Position numbers and translations under genes: made by a program. The notes beneath the pieces were generated by a model. It had not been told where the DNA came from, did no database searches, and was given only the letters and a program-made list of their open reading frames with translations. 64,000 nucleotides of DNA from an uncultured Bacteroidota bacterium (GTDB taxonomy: Bacteria; Bacteroidota; Bacteroidia; Chitinophagales; LD1): assembly GCA_903889265.1 (NCBI GenBank), contig CAISWS010000119.1, positions 4,615-68,614 on the forward strand, read 5' to 3'. This document shows positions 30,990 to 40,506 of the stretch, in pieces. The first letter of the stretch is position 1; the number at the start of each line of letters is the position of its first letter.

Positions 30990-31963
30990 AATAGACTAAA
31001 CGATACCGGAAAAGTAAAATAGGCGTCCACCGGTTGCCCTCGGTAGGTGCCCGGTATAAACCGGGGCAGCGCTTTGGCAACCCTAACCGCCTCGGCATCC
31101 ATGGCGGGGTTAACACCTTGTATAACGGTGGCATTGCCCACAAAACCATTTTCACCAACAAAAACCCTAACAGTAACGCTTTTCAGTATATCGCTGTTCA
31201 TACCCGGCGGGGTTTGCACATTCAGCTTTACAAACCGGTTCAGTTCAGCCTGTCCTCCCTTAAAAGCCGGCGGCGTTTCAAGCGAGTCGTAATTATACGT
31301 TTTCCCATCTTCATCATAACTGGTCCCCTTCACCAGTTTGCCATCCTTATAAAGCTCATCGGTATAAACCTTTCCATTGGCATAATAGCCATGCCAAACG
31401 CTGTCAAACATACCCTGCCTTACCGGCCCCGTAAAAACAATCTTCTTAAACGATTGCCGGGTATTCACCATATCCGTAAAGTAATAACGGCCGTTGCCTT
31501 TGGCGGTTAGCTCGGCACCGGTGGTATCCCAAAAGCTCATCAAAAAACTTTCGGCATAGGTAAAGTCATCGGCAATTTTGTAAACCCACTCCTCTTTGGG
31601 TTTTCCATTGGGGTACCAGGTTTCCCACTTCTTATTCTTAAACCCAAAAACATGCTGGTCAAGGTCGCTGTAATACTGGCCCTCCCCGCTTCTATTGCCG
31701 TTTTTATAGTAGTAGGTATACTTGCCAATTTTATACAAAAAATTCACATCCAGCGCATGCCCAATCATCTTAATGCGCCCATCCATCCAATACTCCACCC
31801 CCAAATAAATTTTACCCGTATCCTGCCTGGTAATTTTGCGGTAATACACCGCCTTATCTATATGCGTCACCCTGTCCGAGCCATCAAAGTATTGGATGGA
31901 ATCTGTTTGGGCGTAAGAGCCTACCCAGCTAAACATTAATAATAAAAAGCAAATCCGCATCAT
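30986..31963 (-). CDS. TonB C-terminal domain protein with MORN-variant-like repeats
   Basis: C-terminus PAFKGGQAELNRFV...VRVFVGENGFVGNATVIQGVNPAMDAEAVRVAKALPRFIPGTYRGQPVDAYFTFPVSF is a TonB_C fold, with upstream YYKNG/YYANGK repeats. The signal peptide MMRICFLLLMFSWVGSYAQ starts at 31963. The longer ORF to 32017 reads into a palindromic repeat. Confidence 0.7.
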   Translation of the reverse strand: MMRICFLLLMFSWVGSYAQTDSIQYFDGSDRVTHIDKAVYYRKITRQDTGKIYLGVEYWMDGRIKMIGHALDVNFLYKIGKYTYYYKNGNRSGEGQYYSDLDQHVFGFKNKKWETWYPNGKPKEEWVYKIADDFTYAESFLMSFWDTTGAELTAKGNGRYYFTDMVNTRQSFKKIVFTGPVRQGMFDSVWHGYYANGKVYTDELYKDGKLVKGTSYDEDGKTYNYDSLETPPAFKGGQAELNRFVKLNVQTPPGMNSDILKSVTVRVFVGENGFVGNATVIQGVNPAMDAEAVRVAKALPRFIPGTYRGQPVDAYFTFPVSFSLL

Positions 31964-31979
31964 AATGTCGCATTCAACA

Positions 31980-32127
31980 CCCGCCCCTTCCCTCCCCAGA
32001 AGGGGATACCAGGGCAAAACATCCTAAATACAAATGTTGACGACAACATCTGTATTTGTATTCGGCTTTGGTTTCCCCTTTTATTTCATCCCGCGGTTTT
32101 AGGCGGGAAGGGGACGGAAGGGGCGGG
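31980..32127. repeat. approximately 148-bp extended imperfect palindrome
   Basis: Outer arms CCCGCCCCTTCCCTCCCC (31980-31997) and GGGGACGGAAGGGGCGGG (32110-32127) are complementary with one mismatch. Inner arms AAGGGGATACCAGGGC/GGCTTTGGTTTCCCCTT and AAATACAAATGTTG/CAACATCTGTATTT continue the pairing. Confidence 0.7.
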
Positions 32128-32212
32128 CACATTATCTATAAAAAACAAACCTCCTCAAAAAATACCCACACCCGGATTCATTATCACATTATCACATTGC
32201 CGAATTATCACA

Positions 32213-33748
32213 TTACCCCCTCCTCCAATCCACCTTCGCATTCACCACCTCTTTCAGCCTCTCAATACTAATGCGCTCCTGCAACATCGTATCCCGGTCG
32301 CGGATGGTAACCATATTATCTACCAAAGTATCATGGTCAACGGTTATACAGAAAGGAGTACCCAATGCATCCTGCCTTCTGTAACGTTTACCAATAGAAT
32401 CCTTCTCATCATAAAAACACTGATGGTCATATTTCAATACATCAAAAATCTCACGTGCTTTCTCAGGCAGCCCATCCTTTTTCACTAACGGGAACACACC
32501 AATTTTCACGGGTGCTAAAAATGCCGGCAAGGCAAGCACTACACGCTCACTGCCATCTTCCAGTTTTTCATTTTTATATCCGCTGCACATCAGCGCTAAA
32601 AAAGTCCGGTTCAATCCCACCGAGGTTTCAACCACGTAAGGGATATAGCTCTCGTTCAACTCAGGGTCAAAATACTGCAACTTTTTACCCGATAAATTTT
32701 GATGCTGCGTTAAATCGTAATTAGTGCGGCTATGTATACCTTCCATTTCCTTAAAACCAAAAGGAAACTCAAACTCAATATCTACCGCTGCATCAGCATA
32801 GTGTGCCGTTTTTAAATGGTCTTTATATTTTAACTCGGTTTCCTTAAAACCAAGGGTCCGGTGCCATTTTAAACGTGCCTCTTTCCAGTACTCATACCAT
32901 TTTTTTTGCTCGCCGGGGCGCACAAAAAACTGCATTTCCATCTGCTCAAACTCACGGGTGCGGAAAATAAACTGGCGGGCCACAATCTCATTTCTAAAAG
33001 CCTTACCCACCTGCGCAATACCAAAAGGAATCCGCTGGCGGCTGGTGTTCATTACATTTAAAAAGTTTACAAAAATCCCCTGCGCTGTTTCAGGCCTTAA
33101 ATAAATCGTGTTGCTGTCTTCCGCTAACGAGCCAACTTCAGTAGCAAACATCAGGTTAAACTGCCTTACGTCAGTCCAGTTACGGGTGCCGCTTATCGGG
33201 CAAACAATCTCCAGGTCAATAATTATCTGTTTAATTTCTGCCAGGTCGTTGGCCTCCAAAGCTGCTTTAAAGCGGGCTTCTGTAGCATCCACTTTCTCCC
33301 TAACCCGCAAAACATTCGGGTTGGTTTTCAAAAACATCTCTTTATCAAACGTATCGCCAAAACGTTTTTGGGCCTTTTCTACTTCTTTTTCAATCTTGGC
33401 TTCCTGCTTTTGCATGGCCTCTTCTATCAACACATCGGCACGGTAACGCTTCTTCGAATCCTTGTTATCAATCAAAGGGTCGTTAAAAGCATCCACATGT
33501 CCCGAAGCCTTCCATGTTTTAGGGTGCATAAAAATAGCGGCATCAATCCCCACAATATTCTCATGCAACTGCACCATGCTCTTCCACCAGTATTGCTGTA
33601 TGTTATTCTTCAACTCAATACCATACGGGCCGTAATCGTATACTGCACTCAACCCGTCGTATATCTCCGACGACGGAAAAATAAATCCGTATTCCTTACA
33701 ATGCGAAATAATCTCCTGAAAAAGGTTCTGGGTGTTTTCTTTGCTCAT
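32213..33748 (-). CDS. glyQS: glycine--tRNA ligase (class II, dimeric GlyQS type)
   Basis: 511 aa. FIFPSSEIYDGLSAVYDYGPYG N-terminal motif, class II motifs (FRNE, GIAQVGKAFRNE) and a C-terminal anticodon-binding domain. Confidence 0.95.
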   Translation of the reverse strand: MSKENTQNLFQEIISHCKEYGFIFPSSEIYDGLSAVYDYGPYGIELKNNIQQYWWKSMVQLHENIVGIDAAIFMHPKTWKASGHVDAFNDPLIDNKDSKKRYRADVLIEEAMQKQEAKIEKEVEKAQKRFGDTFDKEMFLKTNPNVLRVREKVDATEARFKAALEANDLAEIKQIIIDLEIVCPISGTRNWTDVRQFNLMFATEVGSLAEDSNTIYLRPETAQGIFVNFLNVMNTSRQRIPFGIAQVGKAFRNEIVARQFIFRTREFEQMEMQFFVRPGEQKKWYEYWKEARLKWHRTLGFKETELKYKDHLKTAHYADAAVDIEFEFPFGFKEMEGIHSRTNYDLTQHQNLSGKKLQYFDPELNESYIPYVVETSVGLNRTFLALMCSGYKNEKLEDGSERVVLALPAFLAPVKIGVFPLVKKDGLPEKAREIFDVLKYDHQCFYDEKDSIGKRYRRQDALGTPFCITVDHDTLVDNMVTIRDRDTMLQERISIERLKEVVNAKVDWRRG

Positions 33749-33863
33749 AGGTGGCGAAAATATGTTTTACCGCCGATACATAGCACACTACCCACCGGAT
33801 TTTTTAGTTTTGCCCTTTAAAATTGAATCAACGTTCTTTTGTGAAGGGGTGGCCGTTTGCATT

Positions 33864-33911
33864 AAAACTCCCCTCCTGATTCTGGAGGGGCTGCCCTGGG
33901 GGTGGTTAGGC
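33864..33911 (+). repeat. family-E GC-rich hairpin repeat
   Basis: AAAACTCCCCTCCTGATTCTGGAGGGGCTGCCCTGGGGGTGGTTAGGC, colinear with 27057-27105. Confidence 0.7.
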
Positions 33912-34028
33912 TGCTGGCAATTTTACCAAGCCCCGGGGAAAACAATCTTTCCCCCAAAAAACCGTTAAAACCTGAACACTTAAACACCTTCGCACCTTAA
34001 CACATAAACACGTTAACACACTCAAAAA

Positions 34029-34937
34029 ATGTCAGTAAAAGTTACAAACCTTACCAAAATTTACGGAACACAACACGCAGTAGACGGCATATCCTTCGAG
34101 GTAAACAAAGGCCAGGTATTAGGCTTTCTGGGGCCCAACGGCGCAGGCAAGTCAACCACCATGAAAATGTTAACCTGCTTTGTTCCCCAGTCATCAGGCA
34201 GCGCCCTCGTGTGCGGCTTTGACACCACCACCGAACCACTGGAAGTAACCAAAAAAATTGGCTACTTGCCTGAAAACAATCCCCTTTATTACGACATGTA
34301 CGTAAAGGAATACCTGGAATTTATGGCGGGCCTGCATAAACTGGGCAAAATAACCCAACAGCGCATTAACGAAATGATAGAAATTACCGGCTTAACCGCC
34401 GAGCGTAAAAAGAAAGTGGGCCAGCTATCAAAAGGATATAAACAACGCGTAGGCCTGGCACAAGCCATGTTACACAACCCCGAGGTGCTGATATTAGATG
34501 AACCTACCTCCGGCCTCGACCCTAACCAGTTAGTTGAAATCCGTTCTCTCATCAAACAGTTGGGAAAAGACAAAACCGTAATCTTTTCCAGCCACATTAT
34601 GCAGGAAGTACAAGCCGTGGCCGACCGGGTTATTATCATCAACAAAGGCAAAATTGTAGCCGATGATTCAACCGAAAAACTACAAAGCCGGGTAGGTAAC
34701 GAAATTATCGTAACCGCCGAGTTTAAACAAACCGTAGACCTCGCCCTGCTAAAAAACATTAAAACCGTTAAATCTTTCAACCAGCTAAAAGACGGCAAAT
34801 GGAGTTTTGTAGGAGAGGAAAATAAAGACATCCGCGAGGATATCTTCAACTTCGCAAAAGAAAAAAACCTCACCCTTTTACATTTAAACAAAGAAGAGTA
34901 TTCGCTGGAAGAAGTATTTAAACAGTTAACAAGATAA
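34029..34937 (+). CDS. gldA: gliding-motility-associated ABC transporter ATP-binding subunit GldA-like
   Basis: 302 aa. Walker A GPNGAGKST, signature LSKGYKQR, Walker B LILDEPT. Followed by GldF- and GldG-like genes. Confidence 0.8.
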   Translation: MSVKVTNLTKIYGTQHAVDGISFEVNKGQVLGFLGPNGAGKSTTMKMLTCFVPQSSGSALVCGFDTTTEPLEVTKKIGYLPENNPLYYDMYVKEYLEFMAGLHKLGKITQQRINEMIEITGLTAERKKKVGQLSKGYKQRVGLAQAMLHNPEVLILDEPTSGLDPNQLVEIRSLIKQLGKDKTVIFSSHIMQEVQAVADRVIIINKGKIVADDSTEKLQSRVGNEIIVTAEFKQTVDLALLKNIKTVKSFNQLKDGKWSFVGEENKDIREDIFNFAKEKNLTLLHLNKEEYSLEEVFKQLTR

Positions 34938-34950
34938 ATAGACAAGATAT

Positions 34951-35011
34951 TAGAATCAAGAAACAAGACTAAGAGGCTCTGCATTAGTCTTGTTTCTCGG
35001 TTCTTGGTTCT
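34951..35011 (+). repeat. strong intercistronic hairpin between gldA and gldF
   Basis: Perfect 13-bp stem GAAACAAGACTAA (34960-34972) / TTAGTCTTGTTTC (34984-34996), 11-nt loop, with flanking partial pairing TAGAATCAA/TTGGTTCTA. No clear U-tract. Confidence 0.6.
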
Positions 35012-35044
35012 AAAATCTATTCGGTTATTTTTGTCGCCCGCAAT

Positions 35045-35776
35045 ATGTACGCAATATTTAAGAAAGAGATTCAGCAGTTTTTCAGCTCACTGGTTGGCTA
35101 TGTGGCCATCATTGTGTTCCTGTCTCTTTTGGGCCTCTTTGTCTGGATTTTCCCCGGAAGCAATATCCTCGACTCAGGCTACGCCACCCTCGATTACTTT
35201 TTTGATATAGCCCCTTACATTTTATGTGTGCTAATTCCGGCAGTTACCATGCGCTCATTCGCCGAAGAAATTAATACCGGCACTATCGAGCTTCTTTCCA
35301 CGCGCCCGGTTACCGAATTACAAATTATACTGGGTAAATATTTTGCGGCCCTGCTGCTGGTGCTAATCGCCATCATCCCAACTTTTATTTATTTCTATAC
35401 CATCTATCATTTATCCTCACCGGTTGGCAATGTTGATGTGGGCGGGGTGCTGGGCTCTTACTTCGGCCTTATATTTTTAGGTGCGGTGTTTGTGTCTATC
35501 GGTATTTTCTGCTCAGCTATTACCTCTAACCAGATTGTGGCTTTTATGGTTGGCGTATTTCTTTGCTTTTTCCTATACATGTCGTTTGGCTACATAGCGC
35601 AGTTTAGTGTTTTTGTAGGCAAAAACGACTACCTGGTAGAGTCGTTAGGGTTGAGTAGTCATTACGATGCTATGGGCAAAGGCGTAGTTGACAGCCGCGA
35701 TGTAATTTACTTTTTAAGCGTTATCTCTCTCTTTGTTTTAATGACCCGCACAGCCTTATCAAGCAGAAGATGGTAA
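35045..35776 (+). CDS. gldF: gliding-motility ABC transporter permease GldF-like
   Basis: 243 aa, 6-TM ABC-2 type permease. Overlaps the downstream gene by 7 nt (ATGGTAA). Confidence 0.75.
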   Translation: MYAIFKKEIQQFFSSLVGYVAIIVFLSLLGLFVWIFPGSNILDSGYATLDYFFDIAPYILCVLIPAVTMRSFAEEINTGTIELLSTRPVTELQIILGKYFAALLLVLIAIIPTFIYFYTIYHLSSPVGNVDVGGVLGSYFGLIFLGAVFVSIGIFCSAITSNQIVAFMVGVFLCFFLYMSFGYIAQFSVFVGKNDYLVESLGLSSHYDAMGKGVVDSRDVIYFLSVISLFVLMTRTALSSRRW

Positions 35777-37500
35777 AAAAGCAGAAACTCATATTAACCA
35801 ACCGCCGGGAGGCCATCGTCAGTTTAGTGCTGATGCTCACTATCCTTTTGCTGTTGAATGTGGTTTCGCGTTATTATTACTTCCGGCTAGATCTTACGTC
35901 CGAGCAACGGTATTCTATTTCCAAACCCACCAAAGAAATGGTGCGCGACCTCAAGGATATTGTTACCGTTAAAGTTTATTTAGATGGCGACCTCAACGCA
36001 GGTTTTACCCGGTTAAAAGAAAGTACCCGTAATTTATTGAAAGAGTTCAGGGCCTACGGTGGTAAGAATATTGAATACGAATTTATCAACCCCATGGGCA
36101 TCCAAAACCTGGATGAACGCAAGGCCATGATAAGCGACTTAATACAGCGCGGTCTGGCACCAACCAACCTTACCACCCAAAGCAAAACCGAAAGCAAAAA
36201 GCAATTAATTTTCCCCGGAGCTATTGTTACCTATGCAGGCCGCCAGATGCCCGTTCAACTGCTCGATAATCAGATTGGCTACGGCCCCGAAGAAATATTA
36301 AACCACTCCGAAATTCAGCTGGAATATAAATTTGCCAACGCCATTCAAAAGCTTACCCAATCGCGCCCGCCCCGGGTAACTTTCATCCACGGCCATGGCG
36401 AATTAGCCCCTATTGAAACCGAAGACCTCAGGCAAACATTACAGGGCCTGCAGTTTGATGTAAAAGATATTGACCTCCGAAGCACCTACTACATCCCTAC
36501 TTATTCCGATGTACTGATTGTTGCCAAACCACGCGGCTCGTTCGATGAAAAAGACAAGTATAAAATAGACCAGTATATCATGCACGGCGGCAAAGTTATC
36601 TGGCTGCTGGATGGAACAAATGCCAATATGGATAGCCTGCGAATGGGCCGGGGTGTTCAGTTTGTAATTGCCAACGATAACGAGTTTAACCTCGATGACA
36701 TGCTGTTTAAATACGGTGTAAGAATTAACGCCGATGTGGTTCAGGATATTAATATGTGCAACCCAATCCCTATAGTAACCGGGCAAATGGGTAATGCGCC
36801 GCAAACACAAATGTTTCCCTGGTATTACTATCCCATGCTGATTTCCGATAACAACCACTCCATCATTAAAAACCTCGACCCGGTTGCCAGCTTCTTCCCC
36901 AGCAGTATTGATACTATCCGTAACCCCGGTGTAACCAAAACAATTTTACTGCACACCACCGAAAACGCCAAAGCGCAAATGACGCCAACGCGTGTTTCTA
37001 TCACCATCACGCAAAGCAAGCCTAATCCCGGCTATTACAACCAGCCCAAAATACCGGTCGCTGTTTTACTGGAAGGCGAATTTGAATCCGTATTCAAAAA
37101 CCGCATGTCGCCCGAGTTCCTTGCAGCAAGTGACACCATACCCGCTTTAAAGTTTGTAGATAAAAGCAAAGCCAGCAAAATGATAGTTATTTCTGATGGT
37201 GATATAATCCGCAACGAAATGAGAAGCGACAGCGCTTTTTATCCTCTCGGCTATTATAAATTCACTAAACAGCAGTTTGCCAATAAAGATTTTATACTCA
37301 ACTGCATTCAGTACCTGGTAGACGATAAAGGCATTTTAGAAACCCGCAATAAAGAAGTAAAACTGCGCATGTTAAACGGCGTAAAAGTTGAAGACGAAAA
37401 ACTGAAATGGCAGTTGCTGAATATTTTATTGCCAATAGTTTTAATTGTATTTTTTGGAATTGGATTTAACGCTTACCGGAAAAGGAAATACGCTTCGTGA
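35770..37500 (+). CDS. gldG: gliding-motility ABC transporter auxiliary subunit GldG-like
   Basis: 576 aa with N- and C-terminal TM anchors flanking a large periplasmic domain. Position after gldA/gldF. Confidence 0.8.
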   Translation: MVKKQKLILTNRREAIVSLVLMLTILLLLNVVSRYYYFRLDLTSEQRYSISKPTKEMVRDLKDIVTVKVYLDGDLNAGFTRLKESTRNLLKEFRAYGGKNIEYEFINPMGIQNLDERKAMISDLIQRGLAPTNLTTQSKTESKKQLIFPGAIVTYAGRQMPVQLLDNQIGYGPEEILNHSEIQLEYKFANAIQKLTQSRPPRVTFIHGHGELAPIETEDLRQTLQGLQFDVKDIDLRSTYYIPTYSDVLIVAKPRGSFDEKDKYKIDQYIMHGGKVIWLLDGTNANMDSLRMGRGVQFVIANDNEFNLDDMLFKYGVRINADVVQDINMCNPIPIVTGQMGNAPQTQMFPWYYYPMLISDNNHSIIKNLDPVASFFPSSIDTIRNPGVTKTILLHTTENAKAQMTPTRVSITITQSKPNPGYYNQPKIPVAVLLEGEFESVFKNRMSPEFLAASDTIPALKFVDKSKASKMIVISDGDIIRNEMRSDSAFYPLGYYKFTKQQFANKDFILNCIQYLVDDKGILETRNKEVKLRMLNGVKVEDEKLKWQLLNILLPIVLIVFFGIGFNAYRKRKYAS

Positions 37501-37550
37501 ATGGAAGCCGGAACCAATTGATTCAACTGCATTATTCAATCTTATGTATT

Positions 37551-37620
37551 CCTTTGCGCTCTTAGCGTTCTTAGCGGTAAAAAATGTATTTGAATTTCTT
37601 TGCAGTAAAAATTGTATTTC
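37551..37620 (+). repeat. family-B intergenic repeat, half copy with partial tandem end
   Basis: CCTTTGCGCTCTTAGCGTTCTTAGCGGTAAAAAATGTATTTGAATTTCTTTGCAGTAAAAATTGTATTTC. Ends 4 bp before the ATG at 37624. Confidence 0.75.
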
Positions 37621-37623
37621 GCA

Positions 37624-38673
37624 ATGAAAAAATTTCTCCCTTTTATAATTGTCATCCTCTTACTGGCAGCTGCCGCAGCCTGGTTCGTTTTGCATAAAAC
37701 ACACGGCACTTTTGATAAAGAAGAAAACGCCTTTGCCATTGCCGATAAAAATGACATTACCAAAGTAATACTTACCGATGCCGATAAAAAGCGGATTGAG
37801 CTTACCAAGGTAAAAGGTATATGGATGGTAAATAATAAATACCCCGCCCGCCAGGAACTGGTTGTTTCATTATTTGATGTACTCACCCGTGTTACTACGC
37901 TATGCCCCGTACCACGCGCTGCAAACGATTATGTAATACGCACCCTGTTTGAAAAGCACATTAAAACAGAAGTATATTGTAACGACAACAACGAGGCCAC
38001 CCGGATATACTATGTAGGCGGCCCCAGCGCCGATGGCAATGGCACTTATATGCTGCGCGAAATTGACGGCAAACCCGATGCCCGCCCCTATATTACCTTC
38101 ATACCGGGCATGCACGGCTACCTCACCCCGCGCTACCAAACTGATGAAGAAATATGGCGCACCCGGGTAGTTTTTAATTATAATCCTGAGGATATTAAAT
38201 CCCTCAGCCTTGAATATCCGGGCGAGGAAAACAGGTCTTTCACTTTAAACCGGGTTTCGAAAGATTCATTCAGCTTATCTGCACTGAATAGCAAAAACAC
38301 TATCAACCAGGCCTACAAGCAAAAATACGTGCACGATTATCTGAGCTTCTATTCCGGCATTTCTATCGAAACTTTCGATAATAAAAACACAGATAAGGAT
38401 TCCATCATCCACACCACTCCTTTCAGCATTTTTACTATTACCGGTAACGATGGCTTGGTAAATAAGTTAAACATGTTTTACATGCCGGCCAACAAGCGCA
38501 CCAAAATGCCTTTCGATAGCAAAGGCAATGTTATGACGTACGATGTTGACCGTTACTTCGCCTCATTTAACAACGATAAAGACTTTGGCGTGGTGCAATA
38601 TTATGTGTTCGGTAAGCTACTCCGCAGTTACCAGGATTTCTTCTTTAAACCAGGAAGCGGGGAAAAGAAATAA
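37624..38673 (+). CDS. DUF4340-like protein (commonly downstream of gldG)
   Basis: Signal/TM MKKFLPFIIVILLLAAAAAWF from the ATG at 37624. The listed ORF start at 37612 is a TTG inside the repeat. Family call by context and layout. Confidence 0.55.
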   Translation: MKKFLPFIIVILLLAAAAAWFVLHKTHGTFDKEENAFAIADKNDITKVILTDADKKRIELTKVKGIWMVNNKYPARQELVVSLFDVLTRVTTLCPVPRAANDYVIRTLFEKHIKTEVYCNDNNEATRIYYVGGPSADGNGTYMLREIDGKPDARPYITFIPGMHGYLTPRYQTDEEIWRTRVVFNYNPEDIKSLSLEYPGEENRSFTLNRVSKDSFSLSALNSKNTINQAYKQKYVHDYLSFYSGISIETFDNKNTDKDSIIHTTPFSIFTITGNDGLVNKLNMFYMPANKRTKMPFDSKGNVMTYDVDRYFASFNNDKDFGVVQYYVFGKLLRSYQDFFFKPGSGEKK

Positions 38674-38689
38674 CTATTTTCAAAAAAGC

Positions 38690-38735
38690 AAAAAGGGTTC
38701 CGGAGAAGTAAAATCTTCAGTCGGAACCCTTTTTA
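38690..38735. terminator. candidate bidirectional rho-independent terminator
   Basis: 11-bp stem AAAGGGTTCCG (38692-38702) / CGGAACCCTTT (38722-38732), flanked by A-run and T-run, between convergent genes. Confidence 0.55.
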
Positions 38736-38750
38736 CTTTTAGCCCTCTGT

Positions 38751-39281
38751 TTAGTTCAATTTCCGTCCTTTGGCAACGTGTTGCTTCAGGGTAGTGTTGT
38801 TTATTTTGTGCAGGTCAACCAGCAAAAAAGCACCATGGCTGTCTGGATCAGTGTAATATTCATCACCGCTGTAGTGAACTTTACCCATGCCATTGTTCCA
38901 GTCAGAAGCCAGCAGCACAAAACGTTCGCCTTTATTTGGGTTAACGCCAAAGCTCAGATAATGGTCATCACCTACTTCAAAACTTACAAGCATTTTATTT
39001 TCCTTAGGCATATCGGTCAATACGCCCGGCGTTCCTGCCTTAATCAAAATTTCATCCACCTTACGGCCATCTACCATTTTAATTTTCCCACGCACAATCT
39101 CCGATGTCCCTTTGCTCAATTCACGACGTAGGATAACATCATGCGATAAATAGAATTGAATTCCTTTTAACTGGTCAACGGTCCAGTTATGATCCCTTTT
39201 TAAAGAATCTGTAAAGGGTATCAGATTTTTACAAGATGCTAACGCGGAAGCAATTGCTACAAACAAAATGAGCTTTTTCAT
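38751..39281 (-). CDS. hypothetical lipoprotein
   Basis: Lipobox MKKLILFVAIASALASC from the Met at 39281. The ORF extends to 39350, but the upstream part is hydrophobic and poorly coding-like. Confidence 0.5.
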   Translation of the reverse strand: MKKLILFVAIASALASCKNLIPFTDSLKRDHNWTVDQLKGIQFYLSHDVILRRELSKGTSEIVRGKIKMVDGRKVDEILIKAGTPGVLTDMPKENKMLVSFEVGDDHYLSFGVNPNKGERFVLLASDWNNGMGKVHYSGDEYYTDPDSHGAFLLVDLHKINNTTLKQHVAKGRKLN

Positions 39282-39431
39282 ACTTTTAAGATATTTAGCT
39301 GTGAATACTATAACGATTACAATAACAGTTCGATATACAAAGGAGCTCAAAGTTTAACCCACCAAAAGCAATTTTAAGGTTTTTTCTGAATGTAAGGTAA
39401 AAACAGACTTAAAAGCCGGTCATTGGGGTTA

Positions 39432-39851
39432 TTATGCTATCCGGTTACCATCCTTATCAAAAACCTGCACATCGTCCTTAGCTCCCTTGTCAGATTTGAT
39501 AGTTAACCTTTCAAAAATCCCATTTACAATAGAAAGCAAAATACTGAAAAACAGGGCAGACCAAAAGCTATCTACCGTAAAACCGGGTTGTAATATCCAT
39601 GCAGCTATTTCAATAATTAGCGCGTTAATGACAAGTAAAAACAGCCCCAGCGATAAAATGGTTGCCGGAATCGTCAAAAAGATAAGCAGGGGTTTTATAG
39701 ACACATTTAACAACGATAATACTGCTGCCAGCAACAAGGCGTTCAAAAAGCTGGGATGCCCGGCGGTGCCGGCCAGGTGCACGCCCGGCAATATATAGGC
39801 CACAATAACTACGGCAATAGCATTCAAAAAAAGCTTGATAATAAAGTTCAT
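39432..39851 (-). CDS. phage holin family 4-like (DUF360) membrane protein
   Basis: 139 aa with 4 TM segments. N-terminus MNFIIKLFLNAIAVVIVAYILPGVHL is typical of the YvlD/DUF360 family. Confidence 0.65.
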   Translation of the reverse strand: MNFIIKLFLNAIAVVIVAYILPGVHLAGTAGHPSFLNALLLAAVLSLLNVSIKPLLIFLTIPATILSLGLFLLVINALIIEIAAWILQPGFTVDSFWSALFFSILLSIVNGIFERLTIKSDKGAKDDVQVFDKDGNRIA

Positions 39852-39888
39852 CGGTTATTTTTGTGCCTCAAAAATAGAGTTTTCAAAA

Positions 39889-40317
39889 ATGATTCAGCAA
39901 ATAATTCATCTCAAAAAAGGTAATAATTACCAATTGCCCTTTAACAGGCCGGTTTCCCGGTTCTTTTTTATCCCCCTGTTTGTTGCGCTGGTAATCACCG
40001 GTTGTCAGACTAGCGGACCAATTCAACCCGATGCGGGCTCAGCTGATATCCCTCCCCTGATTTATACCAAACACGCCCGTTGCCGAATGGAGTGCCGGCA
40101 CATTAATGAAGCAGAAATAAAAGAAGTACTGGCCGAAAACAATATCAATAACAGAAAGAGCAATCCCGAAGGCAAACCCTGCCCGGCTTATGCCTACGAG
40201 GGCTATTCAAAAGAACACCAGCACCTGCGCATTATAATTGGCAAGTGCGATGACCATGCCTGGAAAGTAATCACCTGCATTGACCTGGGTAATGAATTTG
40301 AATGCGATTGCCATTAA
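39889..40317 (+). CDS. Cys-rich lipoprotein with DUF4258-like core
   Basis: Lipobox VALVITGC. YTKHARCRMECRHINEAEIKEVL resembles the DUF4258 signature. Start placed at the Met at 39889. Confidence 0.5.
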   Translation: MIQQIIHLKKGNNYQLPFNRPVSRFFFIPLFVALVITGCQTSGPIQPDAGSADIPPLIYTKHARCRMECRHINEAEIKEVLAENNINNRKSNPEGKPCPAYAYEGYSKEHQHLRIIIGKCDDHAWKVITCIDLGNEFECDCH

Positions 40318-40506
40318 TATGCTTAAATAGTTGCCCTACACTTCGGGGTAGGGATTTGAGAATATAACAGAAACAGAGGCCCTGAGCCCTTTAATACACT
40401 TCTTTGGAAAATATAGAAAATGCCTTTCATAATTTTTCATTACTCGGCTGTTAACTCTGTATTTTCTCCGTGCGATACCTGTATTTTGGGTGTTTTCCAA
40501 AGAAGT

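Noticed and set aside
34289-34984. 231-aa minus-strand ORF.
   Set aside because: It lies entirely within and antisense to gldA, whose Walker A, signature and Walker B motifs make the plus frame unambiguous.
40399-40505. 13-bp perfect inverted repeat CTTCTTTGGAAAA / TTTTCCAAAGAAG just downstream of the sulP stop.
   Set aside because: The arms are AT-rich and separated by 81 nt, with no supporting inner pairing or other copies seen. It is plausibly chance or a weak terminator and is not reported as a feature.
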